In this document: piece by piece, positions 55,722 to 64,000 of the stretch | Numbering within the stretch: the first letter of the stretch is position 1 | Layout: the number at the start of each line of letters is the position of its first letter | The notes under the pieces: model-generated | Told to the model about the DNA's origin: nothing | The model's database searches: none | What the model saw: only the letters and a program-made list of their open reading frames with translations | Source of the DNA: Terriglobales bacterium | GTDB taxonomy: Bacteria; Acidobacteriota; Terriglobia; Terriglobales; Acidobacteriaceae | Direction: 5' to 3' | Assembly: GCA_035496675.1 (NCBI GenBank) | Contig: DATJEL010000108.1 | Location: forward strand, 6,257 to 70,256 | DNA length: 64,000 nucleotides | Program-made: the position numbers and the translations under genes

Positions 55722-56204
55722 ATGAAATTTTCGAAATTGCACATTGCAATCGCCGCCGGGGCAGGTCTCGTGTTGCTCCTGGGCTTCTTTGGATACCTGA
55801 TGTGGCTGAACGCCCAGCCGGCCGTGTTGGCCAAGTCTCCCGATTCAGATCCGCTTACAAAACTGCCGCTCCAACTGGATTTGAATCCCATGCGGGACCG
55901 CTCCTCAGAACGCGCGGCCAATGAATTTCTCCGCTCCATGCGGGACGGAAAATGCCGTGACGAGCTCTCGCAGTGGGAAGATGATTATCGCGCCAAGCGG
56001 GCGGCATTCATCTGCGATTCGGAGTCAAAGCACCCCTTGGTTTCTTGGAAGATCGCCGATTGGGAAGACCGGCCGCCGCTGCGAATCCTGTCCTATACGG
56101 GAAAGCGCAGCAACGAAGGGTCGGGATATCAGGACCTCATCTCGGTCACGCTCGACAGCCGCAGCGGGGAATGGGTTGTGTCCAGCTACGACGCCATGTA
56201 TTGA
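55722..56204 (+). CDS. Hypothetical membrane-anchored (probably periplasmic) protein
   Basis: MKFSKLHIAIAAGAGLVLLLGFFGYLMWL anchor followed by about 130 aa of soluble sequence with 2 Cys. I recognise no family. The start is chosen at the second Met of the track ORF. Confidence 0.5.
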   Translation: MKFSKLHIAIAAGAGLVLLLGFFGYLMWLNAQPAVLAKSPDSDPLTKLPLQLDLNPMRDRSSERAANEFLRSMRDGKCRDELSQWEDDYRAKRAAFICDSESKHPLVSWKIADWEDRPPLRILSYTGKRSNEGSGYQDLISVTLDSRSGEWVVSSYDAMY

Positions 56205-56207
56205 TTC

Positions 56208-57755
<1,548 letters not shown>

Positions 57756-58021
57756 CTAAGCAAACCGACCATACGAGTAAGCGCTAAAGGGACGGCCCGG
57801 CATGCCGCCACTAGACGGGAGCTGGCAGTTGCCGACAAATTCTGCGAAGTACCGTTACCAAAGTTTCCCCCCCAAGACCCCGCGGCGACAATCCTCTGGT
57901 TTCTTCATGCTAGCTTTTTAGATAGGTCGGCCCAGAACCTCGAACTGTAGCTGCGCTGTGGCGTTCCTTCTGAGATTGGGGTGGCGACATTCCCGAATCG
58001 CTCATTTAGGGACGGGTGCAC

Positions 58022-58051
58022 GCTCAACGCGGCTGGTCAAGCGCGTTGCGC
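58022..58051. promoter_or_regulatory. Inverted repeat immediately upstream of the CHASE-type cyclase gene
   Basis: CAACGCG (58025-58031) and CGCGTTG (58042-58048) with a 10-nt loop, extendable by 2 bp after one mismatch. It ends 8-10 nt before the ATG at 58059. Function unknown. Confidence 0.3.
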
Positions 58052-58058
58052 CTGAACT

Positions 58059-59648
58059 ATGACGATTCGCAAAAAGATCATTTTGTTTTCGGCGGTGGCT
58101 CTGGGAGCCTTCTTGGCCATCGTGTTTCTAATCTCCCGTTTCGCGTTGATCAGAGCCCTCACTCGCCTTGAGGGTGACACCGCGCAAAACACCGTCCACC
58201 AGATTCACAGCGCCCTCGAGCACAAGCAGAACAATCTCGAGACAGTGGCGCATGAGTATGCGCAATCGGATGCCGTCGATCAATTCCTCGAGAGCAAGAA
58301 TATCGAGTACATGCGGGCCGTGCTGACGCCCGCTGCCCTGAAAGCCCTGCATGTCGACCTCGTGGCAATTCTCGATAGCGCGAACAATCTGGCGTTTTAC
58401 CGCATCGGCGCAAGTTGGCTGCCCGATGCCGGACAGCTGCAAACCATTACCTCTGCCCCTTCTCGCTATGCTGGCATCCAGGGCGGACTTCCTGCCCGAG
58501 GGATCCTCGAAGTCGCCGGACACGTTTTGCTTCTCTCTTATCAACCGGTGCTCCCTGCCAGTGGTGCTGGGCCTTCGCAGGGGACACTTGTCATGGCGCG
58601 CGAGTTGGATGGCGCTGAAGTGGAGTTGCTCTCCACCTCGCTTGGATTTCCGGTGTGGCTGGAACCCGCGAACATGGTGGTCGGCGATGGCCAGGATGTA
58701 GCCTGGACGAACGGCGTGGATTCGGCGCGGGTCGAGAGCGACTCGACCATGCTGAACTATGTCGCAGTCCGGGACTTCTCCGGCCGGACATGCCGACTCC
58801 TGGCGGCAAGAACCCAGCGCTCTTTGTTTCTCGAAGGCAAGAAAGAAATCCGCTACCTGCTCGGTCTACTCATGCTCGCGGGCGCCATTTATTGCGCAGC
58901 CCTGTTCTTCTTCGTCGAGGAAGTTCTGGTGCACCGAATCGCCTTTCTGGGCAGTGAAGTAGGCAAGGTCACCGTGAGCGGAGATCTTTCGCTGCGCCTG
59001 AATTGCGAAGGCCAGGACGAACTCAGTACCTTGGCCCGCTCGCTGAACACGATGTTGTCTTCCATTCAGAAGACCAAGTCGGAATTGATCCAGGCCCAGG
59101 AATCGCTCCGATTTCACGCTGAGCATGACGCGCTCACCGGCGTCCTGAACCGCCGCGCCATACGCGACGTCCTGCGCCGGGAACTGGCCCGCTGCCGGCG
59201 CGAAAAAAACACGCTGGGCGTGATTCTTGGCGATGTCGATCACTTCAAAAAGATCAACGATCATTACGGCCATGCCGCGGGCGACGCCGTGCTGGTCGGG
59301 GTGGTGCAAAGGATCACCTCGGTGCTGCGCTCCTATGACTCCCTCGGACGCTATGGCGGCGAAGAATTCCTCATCATTGCACCCAACTGCGACCTGGCCA
59401 TGGCACAGAGACTCGCGGAACGTGTGCGCAGCATCATCGCGGACGAGGCCATGGACCTCGGCAACGCCTCGGCCAATGTGACTCTCAGCATGGGCGTGAC
59501 TCTTGGGACTGCCGAAAGCGATCCCGAATTCCTGGTCGCGCAAGCTGACACGGCCATGTATCACGCCAAACGCAAGGGCAGAAACCGCCTGGAGGTTGAG
59601 CTCGGCCTTCCCGACACCGAGCCGCTTCAAGAACTCGAGAATTGCTAA
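58059..59648 (+). CDS. Sensor diguanylate cyclase: periplasmic sensor (CHASE4-like) + HAMP + GGDEF
   Basis: TM1, about 230 aa of periplasmic domain, TM2 and a HAMP-like segment (LNCEGQDELSTLARSLNTM). The cyclase region is DALTGVLNRRAI...RYGGEEFLIIAP, with an RxxD I-site (RSYD) 5 residues upstream. Confidence 0.88.
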   Translation: MTIRKKIILFSAVALGAFLAIVFLISRFALIRALTRLEGDTAQNTVHQIHSALEHKQNNLETVAHEYAQSDAVDQFLESKNIEYMRAVLTPAALKALHVDLVAILDSANNLAFYRIGASWLPDAGQLQTITSAPSRYAGIQGGLPARGILEVAGHVLLLSYQPVLPASGAGPSQGTLVMARELDGAEVELLSTSLGFPVWLEPANMVVGDGQDVAWTNGVDSARVESDSTMLNYVAVRDFSGRTCRLLAARTQRSLFLEGKKEIRYLLGLLMLAGAIYCAALFFFVEEVLVHRIAFLGSEVGKVTVSGDLSLRLNCEGQDELSTLARSLNTMLSSIQKTKSELIQAQESLRFHAEHDALTGVLNRRAIRDVLRRELARCRREKNTLGVILGDVDHFKKINDHYGHAAGDAVLVGVVQRITSVLRSYDSLGRYGGEEFLIIAPNCDLAMAQRLAERVRSIIADEAMDLGNASANVTLSMGVTLGTAESDPEFLVAQADTAMYHAKRKGRNRLEVELGLPDTEPLQELENC

Positions 59649-59704
59649 GCCCACCTGAGGCCTGCTTGATCCGGCATGGAACCCAAATGCTACAGTAATC
59701 GTGG

Positions 59705-60760
59705 ATGTCCGCCGCCAATTCATTGCTGGTTCGCGCCTGTAAACGGCTACCGGTCGATCGCACTCCGGTGTGGCTGATGCGCCAAGCCGGCCGATATATG
59801 GCGGAGTACCGAGCCGTTCGCAAGAACCATTCGCTCATCGAAATCTGCAAGAAGCCAAGCCTTGCGGCTGAGGTGACGATCACCGCCGCGGAAATCCTGA
59901 AGGTCGATGCAGCCATCATTTTTGCCGACCTCTTGCTTCCCTTGGAAGTCATGGGCATGGCTTTCCGCTTCTCCGCCGGTGAAGGCCCCCTCATCGAGAA
60001 GCCGCTTCGGACCGCACATGACATTGCGCGATTGCGAACGGATACCGCAGCTGAACTTGGCTATGTCGCCGAAGCCGTGCGGCTTGTATCCGAGCATTTT
60101 CGTGATCGGATTCCGGTCATCGGATTCTGCGGGGCCCCCTTCACTTTGGCCAGTTATATGATCGAAGGCGGCTCGTCGCGTCACTACATCGAGACCAAAC
60201 GCCTGATGTACAGCGAGCCCCAGGTTTTCGACGAACTGCTCGCGAAACTGGTGACGGTCACTGCGGAATATGCTTCCGAGCAGATTCGAGCAGGCGCGGA
60301 CGTGATTCAGGTATTTGACAGCTGGGTTGGATGCCTCTCACCCCAAGACTATCGCCGTTATGTTCTCTCGCGCACGCGAGAGCTCGTCGAGAGACTCAAG
60401 AGGGAAGGCGTCCCCGTCATCTACTTCGGGACCGATACGGCCACCCTGCTTTCCGCAATTCCTGAGACCGGCGCCGATGTCATCGGCCTGGATTGGCGCA
60501 TTCCGCTCGATGCCGGATGGGAGCAAATCGGAAATGAGACTGCCGTCCAGGGGAATCTTGATCCTGTCGTCCTTTTCTCCCCGTGGAAGCAGGTAGAGGA
60601 GGCGGCGCGAGATGTCGTTGAACGCGCGGGCGGGAGACTGGGACACATCTTCAATCTGGGCCATGGTATTTTGCCCGAAACCCCGGTCGAGCATGTAAAG
60701 GCGCTTGTTTCCTTCGTTCATGAACACTCTCAAAGAGCTGTCGCAGCCCTGAAACTATGA
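59705..60760 (+). CDS. hemE: Uroporphyrinogen decarboxylase
   Basis: PVWLMRQAGRYMAEYR signature and later GFCGAPFTLASYMIEG. Confidence 0.95.
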   Translation: MSAANSLLVRACKRLPVDRTPVWLMRQAGRYMAEYRAVRKNHSLIEICKKPSLAAEVTITAAEILKVDAAIIFADLLLPLEVMGMAFRFSAGEGPLIEKPLRTAHDIARLRTDTAAELGYVAEAVRLVSEHFRDRIPVIGFCGAPFTLASYMIEGGSSRHYIETKRLMYSEPQVFDELLAKLVTVTAEYASEQIRAGADVIQVFDSWVGCLSPQDYRRYVLSRTRELVERLKREGVPVIYFGTDTATLLSAIPETGADVIGLDWRIPLDAGWEQIGNETAVQGNLDPVVLFSPWKQVEEAARDVVERAGGRLGHIFNLGHGILPETPVEHVKALVSFVHEHSQRAVAALKL

Positions 60761-61680
60761 GTACCCGGAACAAAAGCCACCAGGCCGTACTGTTACTGGC
60801 CCATGGCAGTCCGGATTCCCTGGGCCAGATTCCGGAGTTTCTCTCGAAAGTGACCGGTGGCCGTCCCCTTCCGGCTGCTGTTGTCGAGGAGGTGAAGCAT
60901 CGTTACGCGAGAGTCGGAAGCTTTCCCCTGACCTACCTGACGGTGAAACAGGGCGAGCTCTTGTCGGAGCGCCTTGGCATGCCGGTATATGTGGGCATGC
61001 GCAACTGGCATCCTCTCGTTTCTGAGACGCTCGGACGTATGAACGCGGACGGGATCACGCACGTGAGAGTGATCTGCATGGCCCCCCAGAACTCCCGAAC
61101 GAGCGTCGGTCTTTATCGGAGTTCACTTCGAGATGCGGTGTGCAACATGTCGTTTGATTTTGTGGAATCCTGGCACGACCAACCGAAGCTTATCCAATCC
61201 TTTGCTGAGAAACTCACGACTGGCCTCGCGCAAGCGGAAATTGAGTATGGAAAGGTCCCCCCTGTGATTTTCACGGCACACAGTGTTCCCGAGCGCACCA
61301 TCCTCGAGGGGGATCCCTACGAGGACCAAACCAAGCAAACAGCCGCACTGGTGGCCTCGGCGGCGCGTCTGGATCGTTCCGCGTGGAAGTTTGCCTTCCA
61401 AAGCCAAGGCATGTCGGGGGGAACCTGGCTTGGCCCTACCGTGGAGCAAACGATCCTGCAGTTGAAAACCTCTGGCCAGGATGGCGTTTTCATCCAGCCC
61501 ATTGGCTTTCTCTGCGACCACATCGAAATTCTTTACGACATCGACATCGGATTTAAAGAGTTTGCTGCAGCGCAAGGGATGCGCCTGTGGCGGGCGGAAT
61601 CGCTGAACACCTCGCCTCTGCTTACCGAGGCGCTGGCGGAAATCGTCCGCTCCAGGACTTTTGTTCCTGACCGTCATTAA
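60757..61680 (+). CDS. hemH: Ferrochelatase (possibly the coproporphyrin type)
   Basis: AVLLLAHGSPDS start, FTAHSVPE, and QPIGFLCDHIEILYDID. 307 aa with no C-terminal Fe-S extension. ATGA overlap with hemE. Confidence 0.92.
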   Translation: MSTRNKSHQAVLLLAHGSPDSLGQIPEFLSKVTGGRPLPAAVVEEVKHRYARVGSFPLTYLTVKQGELLSERLGMPVYVGMRNWHPLVSETLGRMNADGITHVRVICMAPQNSRTSVGLYRSSLRDAVCNMSFDFVESWHDQPKLIQSFAEKLTTGLAQAEIEYGKVPPVIFTAHSVPERTILEGDPYEDQTKQTAALVASAARLDRSAWKFAFQSQGMSGGTWLGPTVEQTILQLKTSGQDGVFIQPIGFLCDHIEILYDIDIGFKEFAAAQGMRLWRAESLNTSPLLTEALAEIVRSRTFVPDRH

Positions 61681-61682
61681 CC

Positions 61683-63077
61683 ATGACCAAGAGAATCGCA
61701 GTCATCGGGGGTGGAACCTCTGGGCTCTCCGCCGCCTACTCCCTGGAGAAGAGGAAATCCGCGGGAACGCCGCTCGAGTTCGTCTTGTACGAAGCCGGCC
61801 GACACTTCGGCGGGGTCATCCGCACCGAGCAGATCGAAGACTGTGTGGTCGAGGCGGGCCCGGATTCCTTCCTCACGGAAAAGCCTTGGGCGGCCGATCT
61901 TTGCCGCGAACTGGGTCTTGGCGATCAATTGATTCCATCCAATGATGCCGAGCGCAGGACCTACATGCTCATCGAAGGTCGCCTGGTTCCGATTCCGGAC
62001 GGCCTGATGTTCATGGTGCCTACTAAGCTGGTGCCGGCTTTTCTGTCGCCGCTGTTCTCGGCAGCAACCAAGGCAAGGATGGTTCGCGAGTGGCTCGCAC
62101 CGCCACAGCCAAAGACCAAGGAACTGACGGTAGCTGAGTTCATTGCCCGGCATTACGGGCGCGAGATGGTGGACCGAGTTGCCGATCCCCTGCTCGCCGG
62201 TGTCTATGGCGGCGGCGCCGACCAGCTGAGCGTAGATGCAGTGCTACCCCGCTTCGTCCAGATGGAAACCAAGTACAGAAGCCTGGGACGCGCCATGGCG
62301 GCTGCCGCAAAAAACGTACCTCCATCGGGTCGAGGCGCACTGTTCACCTCGCTGAAGAGAGGCATGCAGCAACTAACGAACGCACTCGTCTCGCGTCTGC
62401 CGGCCGATGCCCTGCGAGCTGGGGTGAAGGTTGAGCGCATCCAGCCTGAATCGGGCAAGTGGCTGGTCGTCAGCAACGGTCGCACCGAGGAATATGATGC
62501 CGTCCTCCTCGCTACCCCAGCGCATGTCGCAGGAGCACTCTTGACGAGCCAGCTCGAACTCGCGAAAGAACTGAATGAGATTCCCTATACCTCGTCCATG
62601 ACGATCGTCCTTGGCTACGGCCAGAAGGTTCGCTCCACGCTGCCGCCCGGGTTTGGGCTTCTGGTTCCAAGAACCGAAGGGCGAAAGATTCTCGCGACCA
62701 CCTTCGTTCATAACAAGTTCCCCTTCCGGGTCCCCGAAGACCGCGCACTCCTGCGATGCTTTCTCGGCGGCAGCGTCGCCGAGGAGATGTTCGATCAGGC
62801 TGAAGTCGACCTCATCGGCATCGTCGAGAAGGAATTGAAATCGATTTTCGCTATCGAAGAGAGGCCTGTCTTCACGCGTGTGTACAAGTGGCGTAAGGCA
62901 ATGGCGCAATACACGGTCGGACATTTGGCGCGGGTGGCGCGAATCAAATCGCTGGTCACAGGAATGCCGGGGTTTGCCCTTGCTGGAAATGCTTACGCCG
63001 GCATTGGCGTCCCAGACTGTGTGCGCACTGGCGAAGAGGCAGCCAATAAGGTGTTCACCGATGTAGTTCCGCGCTAG
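61683..63077 (+). CDS. hemY: HemY-type FAD-dependent protoporphyrinogen/coproporphyrinogen III oxidase
   Basis: IAVIGGGTSGLSAAYSL FAD dinucleotide fold, an amine-oxidase-like fold and a C-terminal LAGNAYAGIGVPDCVRTG. The start is 2 nt after the hemH stop. Confidence 0.88.
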   Translation: MTKRIAVIGGGTSGLSAAYSLEKRKSAGTPLEFVLYEAGRHFGGVIRTEQIEDCVVEAGPDSFLTEKPWAADLCRELGLGDQLIPSNDAERRTYMLIEGRLVPIPDGLMFMVPTKLVPAFLSPLFSAATKARMVREWLAPPQPKTKELTVAEFIARHYGREMVDRVADPLLAGVYGGGADQLSVDAVLPRFVQMETKYRSLGRAMAAAAKNVPPSGRGALFTSLKRGMQQLTNALVSRLPADALRAGVKVERIQPESGKWLVVSNGRTEEYDAVLLATPAHVAGALLTSQLELAKELNEIPYTSSMTIVLGYGQKVRSTLPPGFGLLVPRTEGRKILATTFVHNKFPFRVPEDRALLRCFLGGSVAEEMFDQAEVDLIGIVEKELKSIFAIEERPVFTRVYKWRKAMAQYTVGHLARVARIKSLVTGMPGFALAGNAYAGIGVPDCVRTGEEAANKVFTDVVPR

Positions 63078-63499
63078 TCCGGCTGAACCGGCGCGGGCGG
63101 GTGTTGGAGAAACACGAATCGATCCGCTACCAGGAAATTCAAGATCGAACAGGCCGCGATACTCAGGATGTTGGCCAGGAAGTAATTCAGGCGCAGAGCT
63201 TCCACGAAGATCTTCATTGCGAGGACATTTCCCCCAATCGACAAGGCACCGGTACTCAAGTTGAATTTCAAAAACCTGGCGAACTTGGCCGCCGATCCGC
63301 GGTCAGCCCAGGTATAGCGCTCATGCCAGAAGAAGTTGTGGAGGATGGTCACCTCGACGGCCAGGGCGGTGGCAAGAAGATAGTTCAAGCCCAATCCAGT
63401 CTTCAGCCATATCAAGGTGGCTAGCTGCACCAAGATGCCCAGCCCGCCCACGGCATTGAACTTCCAGAATCGAATCCAATTCCTTTTGGGCCCCGTCAT
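63074..63499 (-). CDS. GtrA-family membrane protein
   Basis: The start is taken at MTGPKRNWIRFWKFNAVGGLGILVQLATL.., and HNFFWHERYTW is the typical GtrA motif. 4 TM. ATGA overlap with the upstream gene. The 237-aa track ORF extension is rejected. Confidence 0.8.
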   Translation of the reverse strand: MTGPKRNWIRFWKFNAVGGLGILVQLATLIWLKTGLGLNYLLATALAVEVTILHNFFWHERYTWADRGSAAKFARFLKFNLSTGALSIGGNVLAMKIFVEALRLNYFLANILSIAACSILNFLVADRFVFLQHPPAPVQPD

Positions 63500-64000
63500 C
63501 GGACGGGCTCCTCGACATACAACCGGCGGATGTTTTTGGCGGTCGAGAAACCGAACATCGCCGACATCCCGAAGATACCGATCAGTCCGCCGATATCGAA
63601 CAGTCGATGCCCATGGAGGACATAGGGCCAGCGGAACAGCGCCAAATTGCCGATGGCGAGCAAGACTCTTAGCTCGGTTGGGCCGAAGCGGAAAAACGAC
63701 ATGTGGAACTCTCCCAGCGTGTAGGTCGCCAGATAAGACTGGATGGAGAGCAATAAGAATAAAACCAGCAGCCCGGTCGAAACCCATGGGTTCATATATC
63801 CCGAAAGGGCCAAACCTGCCATCAGCGCCACCGACCCGATACTGTCGAGGATGTGATCGACATAGAACCCATACCTCGGCCGTTGGCTATCTCGCACCCG
63901 GGCGAGCGTCCCGTCGAGGCTATCGCCCACCCAGTTCAGGGCCAGGCAAAAAATGGCGGCCCCGAGCCAGAACTGGCTTGAACGCGACAACCCGTAGCAC
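63496..64000 (-). CDS. CDP-alcohol phosphatidyltransferase-family protein (5' end probably outside window)
   Basis: DSLDGTLARVRDSQRPRYGFYVDHILD matches D-x2-DG-x2-AR-x8-G-x3-D-x3-D. The frame stays open to base 63999, and the motif sits only about 23 residues from the window edge. Confidence 0.8.
   Translation of the reverse strand, partial: CYGLSRSSQFWLGAAIFCLALNWVGDSLDGTLARVRDSQRPRYGFYVDHILDSIGSVALMAGLALSGYMNPWVSTGLLVLFLLLSIQSYLATYTLGEFHMSFFRFGPTELRVLLAIGNLALFRWPYVLHGHRLFDIGGLIGIFGMSAMFGFSTAKNIRRLYVEEPVR

Overview
This is a 64-kb chromosomal segment from a moderately GC-rich diderm bacterium. The gene content suggests Acidobacteriota: Tat-exported GMC/TIM-barrel sets, a CRTAC1/ASPIC-UnbV protein, a Ser/Thr/Pro-rich secreted protein and hemE-hemH-hemY order. 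That is an inference I cannot verify here. I call about 55 densely packed protein genes, many translationally coupled through ATGA/GTGA overlaps. The blocks, in order: (1) a MoxR ATPase tail, a small membrane protein and ychF. (2) A minus-strand dcw cell-wall/division cluster, mraZ-rsmH-[54-aa ORF]-ftsL-ftsI // murE-murF-mraY-murD-ftsW-murG-murC. It is split by an opposite-strand GntR-type regulator and ends at murC, with no murB/ddl/ftsQAZ. (3) An ICMT-like methyltransferase plus a YbjQ-family protein. (4) A Tat-dependent periplasmic GMC oxidoreductase, its small Tat-signal subunit and two xylose-isomerase-like TIM barrels. (5) A divergent pair of a membrane-anchored sulfatase-fold enzyme and a GT-C glycosyltransferase. 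(6) A coupled histidine kinase / NarL-type regulator / CRTAC1-like gene trio. (7) DinB, STAS, a small OMP, yggX and a 443-aa mucin-like secreted protein. (8) selB, purL-purF and a methyltransferase/DegT/NeuC-like sugar mini-cluster. (9) A seven-gene tkt-tal-pgi-gnd-zwf-glk-pgl operon. (10) Two GGDEF cyclases, prmC and guaB. (11) hemE-hemH-hemY, then GtrA plus a CDP-alcohol phosphatidyltransferase (truncated by the window end). I recognised no rRNA, tRNA, CRISPR array, transposase or integrase. I see no clear-cut novel multi-gene system. The best leads are the unusual features of the dcw cluster (extra small ORF, embedded regulator, palindromic in-frame insert in murC, PASTA-tailed FtsI), the Tat/GMC/TIM-barrel set, the sulfatase-fold/GT-C pair, the kinase-regulator-CRTAC1 trio and the mucin-like protein. 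All family assignments come from reading motifs by eye. No database search was run.
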